This document shows, one piece after another, positions 30,614 to 45,281 of a DNA stretch of 64,000 nucleotides. The stretch covers positions 122,636,001-122,700,000 of the forward strand of contig OZ024742.1 of assembly GCA_964016885.1 (NCBI GenBank). Reading direction: 5' to 3'. A program made the translations under genes and the position numbers. This DNA comes from Eledone cirrhosa (taxonomy: Eukaryota). Under the pieces are notes generated by a model, which was given only the letters and a program-made list of their open reading frames with translations, did no database searches and was not told the DNA's origin. Numbering within the stretch: position 1 is the first letter of the stretch; each line of letters begins with the position of its first letter.

Positions 30614-32072
30614 GAACCTTTAACATATACTATTGTATACTATTGTATGTTATTGTAAATCGAATTATAAATGGAGCAAGAAAACATCGTTTGATTTTGT
30701 TCATTACTGAACAAAGCACAATGATGACTATGAATTTGAAAAATCTCATTATGGATTTATAGACTTAGGAGCAAATATTTCTGCTTTACCTTAATGATTT
30801 AAGAACTGAATCCAAAGCATGTTCTATGTAAATCTTCAATATATGCCATATGATGGCATGTTCATATATTAATATTCATAACTAGCGATTTATTTCATCA
30901 CGACCAACGCTCTGAATTTCATATTGTCTTCCTATAATTTACACAGTGCGTTTTTATTCCAGATTTCAAACGATAAGCTAATCTCCCATTGTACATCTTT
31001 AATGAATTCCTTTTATCAGAATTGTTGTTCCTTAAAGAATCAGCGTATGCTGATGCTTTTGATATACTCTGTTATAATCGTTGTGATTGAAGCTCCGACT
31101 ATTCATATAATATATAATATACACCCCAATATCTGCATTATGGGTTCTATTAATATAATATGTAACATGCGATATTTGCATTATGTATTCTATTTTACCA
31201 CCATCATATATTTAGTTTTGAAAATATACATTTACAATACAGGCAGAACATTCGTCAATTTAATGAGTATTTAAACAGAGCTTCCTGTCAGCTATTGAAA
31301 CCTATCGTAAACGTACATACTTCAAAGATCCATAAAAAGTTGAAATAGATTAAATGTTTTAAAAAATTGAGTTGCAACAATATTTAGAGAGTAGAAACAA
31401 TGGATTTTAGTCTATTATACCCACCCAGCAATTAATCGGGCACCAGGATGAATATATAAGCCGTCCTGGTCCCCGTTGAGGGGTCACGTTGGAAGTGCCT
31501 CCCCCAACATACAGTGGTGTGACTAGAAATGAGTTTGTCCGCAGAAGTGATAGGAAGAAAGGGGAAAACGGAAGAACATGGACCAGACAATATCACACAA
31601 ACCTTTCTTTACTCATTAGCTCTTAGTTGGACTGTGGTTTCAGGCGATTTAAAATAAGAGTACCACGGAAAATTGTTGGCTGGTGCAACATAAGAATAAC
31701 GAGTAATTATGTTGCAAGGTTTTTGCGTGACAAACGAACAAATTAGATAGACGTTCATTTTCTCCCTTTGCTCCTTTCTTCCTACCAATTCTGCGGGCTA
31801 ACACACTTCTAGCAATTGATTACTGTCTTTAGAGGTAAATTTCATCCGACCCTGTCATTGACGGCATCTTACTGTTTTAACATATTCCTTGCGTTGAGTT
31901 CTCATTTTCTACGAATTCTAATACACTCGCGCCCGAACTCGACTTTGGAGAAAACTTTGTTTATATATATATATATATATATTTCAAGCGTTAACCTAAT
32001 ATATTCCTTCCATATACTGTACCGATTGTGTTGTTATTTCTGTTTACCTTTTACATATATATATATATATAT

Positions 32073-32950
32073 ATATACATTGTTATGCTTTGGGAGGGTC
32101 ATGTTGCCAATAGTAAACACGTGCACCAGTTGCTTTTACTAAACTAAGCCCCCATATTAACTGTAAGACTAGAAATGTAGTATATAGCATAAGATGTACT
32201 GAAGGACAATGTAGAGATAAGAATATAGTGTACAGAGGTGAGACAGCTCGTTGTATAGGAGAACGCATAAATGAACACTGGCGAGAGCTTCAAGATAGAA
32301 AAGAATCATCTGTACTCCACCAGCATGCTAAAATAGAACATAAGGGTAAATTAGAAAACATAAAAATAAAAATAGAATCTACACGCGGAAAAGACGCAAT
32401 GTTTAGACAAATCACAGAGGCAATAAACATAAATGAACTCCAACCATAATTAAATAGAAAACATGAATGGAATAGCAACATCACATCTTACAATTAAGGA
32501 CAAAATGAAAACACACACACACATAGAACAAACAACCAACCAGTAACATGTAAATAAACAAATAAATAAACAAATATAAACACACACAGACACCCGGATG
32601 TAACACATGCGCAAACTAAGCAGACAACACACAGAAAAACAAGATGGCGTAGGACAGAACAAAAGAGAGGCACAAAAACAAAGAAAATAATCCCCAGTCA
32701 CTGAAGAGATCACATAATGTGTGACGAAAGGACATTCAAAATATATGAACAACCGTCCGGTTGTGGAACCAACCAAACAACCGGAAATTTATAAATTCTT
32801 AAATTTAAGAATTTAATTTATAATAAATTGGAGTGAAAGCAACTGGTGCGTGTGTTTCTTCTTGGCAACATTACCCTCCCAAAGCCTAACAATATCGGTT
32901 TCAACACACATTTTCAGATAAAGAATCTTGCTAAACAAATTCAGAAAAGA
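32073..32950 (+). mobile_element. 5'-truncated Neptune-like PLE (GIY-YIG end, 3' UTR, hammerhead, tail) with a short inverted terminal copy at 32073-32140
   Basis: NVVYSIRC...YRGETARCIGERINEH...EAININELQP; same family as 54010-57220; hammerhead core at 32697-32740. Confidence 0.9.
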
Positions 32951-32981
32951 AATATATATACACATATATATATACACATAC

Positions 32982-33053
<72 letters not shown>

Positions 33054-33056
33054 ATA

Positions 33057-35250
33057 TTAGGGAGAGGACCAGGGGTGTATAACACTCCACTTATCCAACA
33101 GGCAGTATAAGGTTAGCTCGATGTCTGAGGACAGAGCCGTGATATAATCAATAACAAAGAACGCCTATGGCATATGCATATCTTTACTTGCTAACATTGT
33201 TTCATCCGCACTATAAGTGGGACTCATCAGAGCATAAAGGTTGATTACATATCACACAAGCAATAACAAATCCAAGACATTGAAGAAATAAAGAATAAAA
33301 AATAATAAAAGATAAAAAAGATAAAAAATATAAAAATATTGAGGAAGTAAAAATAAAAATAAACATTGAAAAATAAACATTGAAAAATAATTGAAAAATA
33401 AGGGGTGCTATCAGTCACAGTTGGGCGGGGTGCTGTCAACATATAGTTACATACAAGCATACACATGGATAAGAGAACAGACAAGAATAGATAAGATAGA
33501 TAGGAGTAGGTAAGAATAGATAAAAGATAGGTGAAAAATAGGTAAAAAATAGACATATAATATATATAAGAAAATATAAAAAACATACATATAAAATATA
33601 CAGATAATAGTGATACAGGGTAAGGAATGAAATAAAATAAAATAAAATTAAATTAAAATTAAAATTATATAAAATAAAATATAATATAATATAATAATAA
33701 AATAAGATAAAATAAAATAAAATAAAATATACTAAAATAAACTAAAATAAAATAATATAATATAAGATATAATTAAATAAAATTAAATAAATAAAATTAA
33801 ATAAAATGAAATGAAATAAAATAAAATAAAATAAAGTAAATTGAGATAAGATATATATTTTTTTAGAATATATTTCTTGAATATATCAGGGGCCCACGAA
33901 GGCCCTAAGTGTCACAGTTATCAGTATCACTTGGCCATTGCAATGCAATGGAGACGTCCCAGGTTGGGCAGTCTCAAAAGTTCACTCGAAAGACACGGGT
34001 GTGCATTCACACAGTTGAGCGGTGGGGTAATCACAAACCGGTTCACACCCGGGCAGGAGTCCAATGGTCAACAGAGGTACATCGAAGGAAGGTAGGAGAA
34101 TTCACGTGCAGCAGCAAGAGGCAGACAAGTGGGCCGAAAGCAAGCAGGTGCAGGCGGGCTAGCCGAAAGCAAGCAAACACAGTTGGGTCAGGCGGGTTAA
34201 TATGCGCTGTTGAGTATGCATATTAACCCGCCTGACCCAACTGTGTTTGCTTGCTTTCGGCTAGCCCGCCTGCACCTGCTTGCTTTCGGCCCACTTGTCT
34301 GCCTCTTGCTGCTGCACGTGAATTCTCCTACCTTCCTTCGATGTACCTCTGTTGACCATTGGACTCCTGCCCGGGTGTGAACCGGTTTGTGATTACCCCA
34401 CCGCTCAACTGTGTGAATGCACACCCGTGACTTTCGAGTGAACTTTTGAGACTGCCCAACCTGGGACGTCTTCATTGCATTGCAATGGCCAAGTGATACT
34501 GATAACCGTGACACTTAGGGCCTTCGTGGGCCCCTGATATATTCAAGAAATATATTCTAAAAAAATATATATCTTATCTCAATTTACTTTATTTTATTTT
34601 ATTTTATTTCATTTCATTTTATTTAATTTTATTTATTTAATTTTATTTAATTATATCTTATATTATATTATGTTATTTTAGTTTATTTTATTTTATTTTA
34701 TTTTATTTTATTTTATCTTATTTTATTATTATATATTATATTTTATTTTATATAATTTTAATTTTAATTTAATTTTATTTTATTTTATTTCATTCCTTAC
34801 CCTGTATCACTATTATCTGTATATTTTATATGTATGTTTTTTATATTTTCTTATATATATTATATGTCTATTTTTTACCTATTTTTCACCTATCTTTTAT
34901 CTATTCTTGTCTGTTCTCTTATCCATGTGTATGCTTGTATGTAACTATATGTTGACAGCACCCCGCCCAACTGTGACTGATAGCACCCCTTATTTTTCAA
35001 TTATTTTTCAATGTTTATTTTTCAATGTTTATTTTTATTTTTACTTCCTCAATATTTTTTATATTTTTTATCTTTTTTATCTTTTATTATTTTTTATTCT
35101 TTATTTCTTCAATGTCTTGGATGTGTTATTGCTTGTGTGATATGTAATCAACCTTTATGCTCTGATGAGTCCCACTTATAGTGCTGATGAAACAATGTTA
35201 GCAAGTAAAGATATGCATATGCCATAGGCGTTCTTTGTTATTGATTATAT
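33057..35250. mobile_element. 2.1-kb non-coding fold-back element (arms 33142-34205 / 34218-35250, 12-nt spacer, tail 33057-33141)
   Basis: Arms are reverse-complementary including the (AAAAT)n region; hammerhead near each outer end; flanked by (TA)n. Confidence 0.92.
35158..35203 (+). ncRNA. Minimal type-I hammerhead ribozyme (mirror copy on minus strand at ~33189-33235)
   Basis: TGCT-CTGATGA-gtcccac-ttata-gtgc(t/g)gat-GAAA-caatg-TT-AGCA: intact core, 4-bp stem I, GUU site. Confidence 0.75.
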
Positions 35251-35251
35251 A

Positions 35252-35327
<76 letters not shown>

Positions 35328-35832
35328 GTAAACAGAAATAACAAACAACACAATCGGTACAGTAGATGGAAGGAGTATATTAGTTTAACGCTTGAAATAG
35401 CAGGCCGAGGGTCTTAACGTTCCGGACGCTATATAATTCAGTGAATTTCATTAGAGTATAAGTAAGGTCGGCAGAGCAATTAGTACGATGAATATGTCGT
35501 AATATTCAAACTTACGTTAAATTTACATTTTCATCTCTCGACGACGTGTATTTAGTTGGGAATTGATGTGTCAGCAACTTGTTATTCGATATTTTTTATG
35601 GTAGCTAATTCATTCCCCAACACTAAGCAAGAAACTACGTCTTCGTATTTTGCACAAATCTAAGTAAAAGCTATCGTCACTTATCTAGCTGGCAAGCAAA
35701 CCCCTCAAATTCTGTCTCAGACCATATTAACTTTCTAGTAGAACTTTACTCACGAGCTACGGAAACATAAATTCCAGCTAAACGGCGTATTCGGCCGATG
35801 AAAATGCAAATGTAACCTAATTTTGTATATAA

Positions 35833-35937
<105 letters not shown>

Positions 35938-35938
35938 A

Positions 35939-37485
35939 ATGTAGGAGGTGAGTTTTATTGTAGTACAATAAAGCAATGCAGATATCGGATAAGAAGCACT
36001 CTACAGTTTGTGGGACTGGAGTATGCATAATATAAGATCAAAAGATGGTTAAAGGAGTTCAATATATTTTATTATGCGCATTTCAAAAACAAACATCATC
36101 AAACAATAATATTTGTGTTTTCATCAGATAAAACAGGAGAACATGATATGAAGGCTAAAAAAAACACTTGTTGATAGTGCAGTTTTAAATCAACATATGA
36201 AAAGTGGTTTTAGATTGATGTGTGATATTGGGAAAAATATTTTATTTAGAGAGGGGGGGAGAGAAAAGGATGAAAAGGGAAGGAGATGAGAGGGAGAGAT
36301 GGGTGATAGAGAGAAAGAGATAGTTTTTATAACAGAGAGGAGATATATTTTATATAGAGGGGTTGAAAACCGTTGGAAGATACTGTATAAATTAAAAATT
36401 TTGAAAATTAACGAAGGGAGGATATGTGCGAGGAAAAAATATATTATATTTAGGGAGGGGTGGGGGTGGAAAGGATGAAAAAAAGGGGAGGAGATGAGAG
36501 TGAAGGTGGAAAGGGAGAGATGGGTGATAGAGAGAAAGAGATAGTTTTTATAACTCATCCGCAATCATTATTATTTTTTCTCTCTATCATAAATCTTTTT
36601 AATCTCAATTTCATCCTTAATTTATTATTATTATTATTTTTTTCTCCCCATCAACGAACTCATTATTAATACATATGAATTCAATATAAAAACTCTAACT
36701 TCACATTATTTTTCTCAAATCCTATACATAAACTTTTTCTCTTTGCTAATTTTAAAATTCCTACATTTCTCCTTTTGAATATTCACCCACAATTATTATT
36801 TTTTTTTTTTTCTCTCTATCTCCATACATAATCTCCCTTCGTTATTTTTTTCTCTCTATCTCCATACATAATTTCTCTTCGTTAATTTTCAAATTCCTTT
36901 AATTTATACATTATCTTCCAACGGTTCCCAACCTCTCTATATTAAAACATTATATCTTTTTCTCAGTTATAAAAACTATCTCTTTCTCTCTATCACCCAT
37001 CTCTCCCTTTCCACCTTCACTCTCATCTCCTCCCCTTTTTTTCATCCTTTCCACCCCCACCCCTCCCTAAATATAATATATTTTTTCCTCGCACATATCC
37101 TCCCTTCGTTAATTTTCAAAATTTTTAATTTATACAGTATCTTCCAACGGTTTTCAACCCCTCTATATAAAATATATCTCCTCTCTGTTATAAAAACTAT
37201 CTCTTTCTCTCTATCACCCATCTCTCCCTCTCATCTCCTTCCCTTTTCATCCTTTTCTCTCCCCCCCTCTCTAAATAAAATATTTTTCCCAATATCACAC
37301 ATCAATCTAAAACCACTTTTCATATGTTGATTTAAAACTGCACTATCAACAAGTGTTTTTTTTAGCCTTCATATCATGTTCTCCTGTTTTATCTGATGAA
37401 AACACAAATATTATTGTTTGATGATGTTTGTTTTTGAAATGCGCATAATAAAATATATTGAACTCCTTTAACCATCTTTTGATCT

Positions 37486-37493
<8 letters not shown>
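35939..37493. mobile_element. 1.5-kb non-coding fold-back element (arms ~36027-36555 / ~36965-37493, tail 35939-36026)
   Basis: Arms look identical as reverse complements by eye; internal CT-rich subrepeats; hammerhead at each outer end; flanked by (TA)n. Confidence 0.92.
37387..37453 (+). ncRNA. Type-I hammerhead ribozyme (mirror copy on minus strand at 36067-36133)
   Basis: TTTTAT-CTGATGA-aaaca...tgttttt-GAAA-TGCGCA-TA-ATAAAA: intact core, 6-bp stem I, palindromic stem III, AUA site. Confidence 0.82.
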
Positions 37494-37535
<42 letters not shown>

Positions 37536-37538
37536 GTA

Positions 37539-37687
<149 letters not shown>

Positions 37688-37690
37688 GTA

Positions 37691-37738
<48 letters not shown>

Positions 37739-37741
<3 letters not shown>

Positions 37742-38551
37742 TGGCTGCCAACTCGTTTTCGAGTACGGCCACTACTTTATATCCATGTAGGAGAACTCCT
37801 ACTGATGCGCTAAACAAGTGTGACCCTTTAGTCCAGCCAGCGACTTGAAAGCTCTGGTACAAACACTACACTTGTGACAATTATTGACACATAGTGCTGG
37901 GCCCATGGTACCATGTGATGACAAGTGCAGAGAGATCTCCAGATATAAAGCAATGCCTGTGCTGTGAAGCTTTTATAGTGAGGAAAGGCACTGCACAAAG
38001 CCAGTCCCACTCTCTTAACCAAGATGATATTTACCAAAAAGAAGAACAAGTCAACATCATTGGATACCATCAGGGTTGCAGGTGTTATATCAGAGTTTTC
38101 CTTCTCCTAGAATTCTGCCTTGACAAAGGCTAAGGGTTCATCTCTCCCGGTGATTTTGGATGGCCATTGACTCTTAAGAGCTCCTTTGCCCCATATACGC
38201 ATATACATACATAGATACATACATATACACGCACATACATACATAGATACATACATATAAACATACATAGATACATATATACGCATATACATACATAGAT
38301 ATATACATATAAACATACATAGATACATATAAACATACATAGATACATATATACGCATACACATACATAGATATATACATATAAACATACATAGATACAT
38401 ACATATATACGCATATACATACATAGATACATATATATACATACATAGATACATACATCATCTTCAACATACATATATATCACATATATCATACATTCAT
38501 GACATATTTATAGCTATTGCTAGATCCGTTATTTATTTACTTCCTTCTGCA

Positions 38552-38587
<36 letters not shown>

Positions 38588-39217
38588 GGTGGCTGCCAAC
38601 TCGTTTTCGAGTACGGCCACTACTTTATATCCATGTAGGAGAACCCCTACCGATGCGCTGAACGACTGTGACTTTTTAGTCCAGCCAGCGACTTGAAAAC
38701 TCTGGTACAAACACTACACTTGTGACAATTATTGACACATAGTGCTGGGCCCATGGTACCATGTGACGACAAGTGCAGAGAGATCTCCAGATATAAAGCA
38801 ATGCCTGTGCCGTGAAGCTTTTATAGTGAGCAAAGGCACTGCACAAAGCCAGTCCCACTCTCTTAACCAAGATGATATTTACCAAAAAGAAGAACAAGTC
38901 AACATCATTGGATACCATCAGGGTTGCAGGTGTTATATCAGAGTTTTCCTTCTCCTAGAATTCTGCCTTGACAAAGGCTAAGGGGTCATCTCTCCCGGTG
39001 ATTTTGGATGGCCATTGACTCTTAAGAGCTCCTTTGCCCTTTGACAGGTTTTGTTTTTAGTCCTGCAGGATGTCCAAAGTCACCCTCCTCACCAAGAAAC
39101 CTTGGTGGGGTTGCCAGTTTAGTCGCCAACGACCCGACCATGAGACAGGTTGTACTGGGATACATGTTACCAGTAGCACCAACTGGTGACCTGACATATA
39201 TATATATATATATATAC

Positions 39218-39308
<91 letters not shown>

Positions 39309-39884
39309 GTATATATCTATATATATATACCCGTCTCATGGTTGGGTCGTTGGCGACTAAACTGGCAACCCCACCAATGTTTCTTGGTGAGGAGGGTAAC
39401 TTTGGACATCCTGCAGGACTAAAAACAAAACCTGTCAAAAGGCAAAGCAGCTCTTAAGAGTCAATGGCCATCCAAAATCACCGGGAGAGATGACCCCTTA
39501 GCCTTTGTAAAGGCAGAATTCTAGGAGAAGGTAAACTCTGATATAACACCTGCAACCCTGATGGTATCCAAAGATGTTGACTTTTTCTTCTTTTTGGTAA
39601 ATATCATCTTGGTTAAGAGAGTGGGACTGGCTTTGTGCAGTGCCTTTGCTCACTATAAAAGCTTCACGGCACAGGCATTGCTTTGTATTTGGAGATCTTT
39701 CTGCACTTGTCGTCACATGGTACCATGGGCCCAGCACTATGTGTCAATAATAGTCACAGGTGTAGTGTTTGTACCAGAGTGGCTGGCTGGACTGAAAAGT
39801 CACACTCGTTCAGCGCATCGGTAGGGGTTCTCCTACATGGATATAAAGTAGTGGCCGTACTCGAAAACGAGTTGGCAGCCACCA
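37739..39884. mobile_element. Three copies of a ~560-bp element: partial direct (37739-38192), direct plus extension (38586-39195), inverted (39330-39884), separated by microsatellites
   Basis: High identity between copies; the same short ORF (MLGPWYHV...EFCLDKG) appears in all three. Confidence 0.88.
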
Positions 39885-40086
39885 TATATATATATAAGTA
39901 TATTAATATATATACGGTACTGGTGAAGGGTAATTACCCAGAAACATTAGTGTCTGCCATTCTGTTTGTATGGCAACACAAGAGCAAGAATTACGGGGTC
40001 ATTCTTCTGACACGGCCTAAGAGGCTGCTCGCATAATTTCAAACGAATCGAATATTATTATTATTAATATTCAAAATACTCAGATT

Positions 40087-40123
<37 letters not shown>

Positions 40124-42399
40124 CCGTGTGTATCTGTGTTTCCTTGTGTGTGCCTGTCGTTGTGAATGTTCATATATAAGAGAGGAAAAGAGATTGAGAT
40201 AAGAGAGCTATAGACTGTAAATAATTGCCGTAACATTTTATGATGTAACATACTCGTAGTATTAAAAGAGAAATGCTACATATACCTGCAAAAATTCATT
40301 TTCATGATGTCACATCAAAAATACTACCGCGAAATGTATAAATGACAATAGAAAAAGACCAAAGAGATGATTTTCATGAAATGTATTCTTTAATACATGT
40401 ATGCCGTATTTATCGTAGCCAAATATGTGACAATTTTGAAAGAATAGCGATGAGTGCTGGCGAAATGAATAAAAAGTAGTTATGATGTCAAATTCTTTAT
40501 TATCACACTTTATAACACTTGTCTATCTTCTTTGCAGAGAACAAAATTTGCAGCTTCTCGTAAAAACTTAAATACAACAGCCTTATCATAAAATCCTCAA
40601 TAAAAAACGAAATTGTGAACAGTTTCCACATTCCACAATAGGCGATTTAATATCAGTCACTGTAATCCTTTGTATAAAACGAAGCAACGCCTCTTCTCAT
40701 CACTCCTGCTTAACCTCTTGATGAGATGTGAGCATCATAAATACAAGCACATTAAAGTTACAATACAAATGTTCGGCGATACAACAAATAACCCCTGGTG
40801 TTGATCATGTTAGTTCTATCACATTCACACTGGCAAAATTGATACGTTATCAGAATGAATCGTGGCTCATGAGTCAACGGATTTCATTTATTATTACAGT
40901 GGCAATACTTTGTTCCTTGTCTAATATTACAAATTCAGAAAATATCTAATTTGTAAAACAGTGTGACGTTTTTACAGTAAGCTGCTACGTAACAACAGAA
41001 TTAGAATTACACTTTTTGAATAAAACTGCTATAAATATACATTTTCTTTCATGCCATCATACTCATCATTTTTAAGCGAAAGATTTGAACATTTTAGAAA
41101 GCAGTTTGTCAGAAAACCAAATAAAACTATTAGCAATCATTACAAACCAACAAGCTAGCCTCAGCATTTTCGGTTCGCTCAATTCCATTGTCATAAGGAC
41201 AACATCTTCAACAATGTAGACTCTCAAATCTTCAGAAATGGAAATAGTGAATTCAATAATGCCCTTCTGATACCTTTTAACATATATTCTTGTCATGGCT
41301 CGGATACCGATCGCATATATATGTGAAATTTCAACAAGCTAAAATAAAATGGATAATGAACACAGAGCATTGATGATATATATTAGTTTAACATGTGATA
41401 TTATAGGAAAGGTGTTCCAAGAATTTGGATGCTAGTCTTCTTTCTTCAGAAGATATAATGATAGATTTAAGAGAAAATACAAAGATAGACAATAAAGTAG
41501 AAAAAATGAATAGGAAATCATATGGATAGTTAGACTTCATTGTCTGAGATTATCTGTCAGGACGAGTCTTTTGAATAGAGGATTCACAAGAGATGAGATA
41601 ATCATCTATGTGTTGAACATATGTGTATATGTATAAATATCGACGTTGAAAGTCTGCGTAGTGTTGTCTATGTTCGAGGATACGTGCGAGAGAAAGCTGC
41701 CAAGCCTAGAAGATTCCTGAGGCAGAACTGTTGGGTGTATAACTAGGCGTAAACGTGTAAGCTCCGTCAATATTTCACACTTGCTTGTGCGTACACACAT
41801 AAGCACATCCGCAAGTAGTGACAATCACTAGATGGTATACAGGAAAAACAACAGTGGCATATGCATGCAGGTCATCGCGTCGTATATCATGGGTATTAGT
41901 CATGTGTCTGTAAGACATAACACGAGGCACCAGATACGGCGCTACGTGGATCCAGTCGACAAAAACAGAACTCCCAATGTAGAAGATCAATGCAGACCAC
42001 CGCAGTTATGAAAGCAGATTTGTTTCTGTATGTACGTAAGTGTGTATGCATGCATGCATTTATATATGTAAATGTGTATGTAAGTGTGTATGTATGCATT
42101 TATGTATGTAAGTATGTATATAAGTGTGTATCTATGTATACATTTATGTATGTAAGTATGTATATCTGTATGTATGTACGTATATATGTATATAATGCGG
42201 TAGAAATATATACAAAGCAAAAGATATCAAATAAAATAAAACTAAGTAATTTTTTACCCATGACAATTCAGAGCTAAACTGAATGGTTAAGATGTTCTTA
42301 CTTAACTGTTCTACGTGTCTAAAATACGCATGCCTTAAATCGTTATAATAGCCAATCTGCTTCGGGCATTTCCAATCTATCATACATGTTTATTTATTT

Positions 42400-43150
42400 A
42401 TTTTTTTCTAGTTGATTAAATGGCCTCTTTGATTCTTAAATTGCCCATATTCTTCTCCGTCGGTTCTTTAGTGACCTCAATATCCTGGTTGCGGCATCTG
42501 ACAAGATGCTTTTAACAGAAGAGTATCTCGTCGTGATGTGCTCATTAATCCGTTCCGTATGTACAGCATGAAGACAATGCTTCCGGCGCATGAAGGGCTA
42601 CAATGTTTACATATGGTCTTGTATGCTTTCATGCACACTTTCTCGTTGTTGAAGGAGCAATTATGAAGTATGCACCTATCGTTGTACGTGTGTCGGTGCC
42701 TGTGGAGCAGTCTCCTAAATATGGGTCCATGTGCACCAGCTGTACATTCAGGCGCACCCAACAGATGGCTTGTCCAATGGCAGTGGTTGTCTTCTCATTG
42801 AAATGAGACAGCTTGAGTTAGCATATGTTACCTCTACGAGCACGCGTCCTCCTATTGGTATTTCGATGTTCGGTGAGAGAAGTAGGGTAGCCGTTCTCGG
42901 TACGAATTCACTGGAATTCCACCGTGCTGGTATATTTCTCGCTACCATAACTGCATCTGTTGCGTATCCGCCATATCTCATTTTGTATTTAGGCCATTTT
43001 GGCTCCGTATGGAAGGACAGAATCATAGTGCACAAAAATGTCTCTGCAGGCATCCTTGTTGTAAAGGTTGGATCATATGGACCCCTCCCCTCTGATTTTC
43101 AGTGGAAAGTCAAATAGGGAGAGGAATCTCAAGGGGTATGGGTGCCCAAT
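42400..43150 (-). mobile_element. Highly decayed Penelope-like element (RT thumb and Cys-rich linker)
   Basis: Minus strand: YNKDACRDIFVHYDSVLPYGAK..IQNEIWRIRNRCS...ENGYP, then CILHNCSFNNEKVC; many stops. Confidence 0.6.
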
Positions 43151-43548
43151 CTCAGAGGTATGGTGTGAGTCTACGTTTTAGAAGATTTTCTAAATCTAAA
43201 AGTCTTTTTCGTAGAGGCGATGTGAGCAATTTACGGATCAAAGCGGAAATTATCATCAAGTAGAAGAATATCATACATGAATAATAGAATGGAGAAGCAT
43301 AAAGTAGTTCGGCTACTATAACAATTTCAGGCATGCGTGTTTCAGACACGTAGATCACTTCTGGAAGAACACATCAATTGTTCGTTTTTTTTTTAACAGT
43401 TTCTGCCTAACATTTGAAAAGAGGAGTTTAACTCTGAAATATCATGTTGAAATATACTGGGTAAACATTACACTGTTTTGTTTCATTTGTCATCTTTTGC
43501 CCTTTATGCATTTCTAAAGCAATGTACTGACGTTTTAAACTTGTCTGT

Positions 43549-43636
<88 letters not shown>

Positions 43637-44125
43637 CACCCCATTACCGAAATATCAATACCCAATTACACGCAGACAGCCATTGCGATCTCCTTGGAAC
43701 AAACATACGTACCCAAGACAAACACTGCCCCATTATATTGCATGATAAATAGTAAGCAGCCACTCCACCTATTCCACAATAAATAAATGAATTCTAATGA
43801 CCACCAGTAACTCCGTAGAACCACGAATTGTGGATATCTTATGTAAATCAAATCTATACTCCTAACAGTAACTTAGGTACTAGCTAAGTTACTATTATCT
43901 AAATTTGAACCAGAAAATCGACTATATTTTACTTTCATAGCAACGGTTGGTTGTTCCTTATTTTTTCAGAAAACAAACAAATAAGATGTCACATATTTAT
44001 TTGCCAATACGTGAGTTTGGACAATTTTTGATTAGGTAAATCTGCTACGAGGTCTGATGCCAATTCTATAGACCTCTTGTTGGAAGGTCGCGATAACCAT
44101 GCCTGGGAGCAGACACACATACGCG

Positions 44126-44173
<48 letters not shown>

Positions 44174-44364
44174 ATTCTTTATAATATAAGTATACTTTAC
44201 TACTCCATGTATCGAGTAATCAGTTGAGTAATGGTCTAAGCAGTTTCAATCTGAATCTATAATGATATATATACAGCCACAGGATCACTAACAGAGATCG
44301 GTATATATTTTTATACATACATATGTATTTACACACACAAACTCACACACACATATATATACAT

Positions 44365-44417
<53 letters not shown>

Positions 44418-44502
44418 TATACACACACATATATATATACACACATATATATACACACATATATATATATATATATATACACACACATATATATATATAT
44501 AT

Positions 44503-45281
44503 AAATGTCTTTAAGTCGTTTGGAAGCCTCGACAATGCAAATGGGTAAATCTCCTGGTAACAAGATCCGGATCTTGTTAGTGGGGTTTAGAGCCCTCAGA
44601 AAAATGGAAAAACATGAGTATTGACGGACATGAGAGTCGAACCTACATCTTTGGTTATCCAGACCACTGTGCTACCATTACACCAACACATCACCCATCT
44701 CCTTCCATTCAAATTAGAAGCTATATTCTTAGCAAGTAAATGACATGTAAATATGTGTTGAAACAGTGAGCGAGTTTGAAATTAGAAATATAAGCTTTCA
44801 CCGTATTTTTGATTAAATAAATTTTTAGCCTGATAATATGTAGCACTGTGGTCTGGATAACCAAATATGTAGGTTCGACTCCCATGTACGTCAATACTCA
44901 TCTTTTCCTATTTCTCTGAGGGTTTTAAACCCCACTATCAGGGTAAACATTTCTTTAGTAAAAAATACGGTGAGAACTTCTATTTCTAATTTCAAACTCG
45001 CTCACTATTTCAAAAGATACTTACTTGTCATTTACTTGCTAAGAACGTAGCTTCTAATTTGAATAGAAGGAGATGGGTGATGTGTTGGTGTAATGGTAGC
45101 ACAGTGGACTGGATAACCAAAGATGGGTGTTCGAGTCCTATGTACATCAATACTCATCTTTTTTCCATTTCTCTGAGGGGTTCTAAACCCCACTATCAGG
45201 CTAATAATTTCTTTAGTAAAAAATACGGTGAAAGCTTATATTTCTAATTTCAAACTCGCTCACTGTTTCAAAACATACTTA

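Noticed and set aside
33909-34514. Mirror-image 105-aa ORFs
   Set aside because: They are a consequence of the palindrome, with no recognisable motif.
40400-41990. Possible host exons (ORFs 40728, 41072, 41775)
   Set aside because: The frames I translated are interrupted by stops, with no recognisable domain; cannot support a gene.
45079-45149. Functional tRNA-Ser(GGA) gene
   Set aside because: No long variable arm, pyrimidine at position 37, stem mismatches differing between copies; kept only as tRNA-like.
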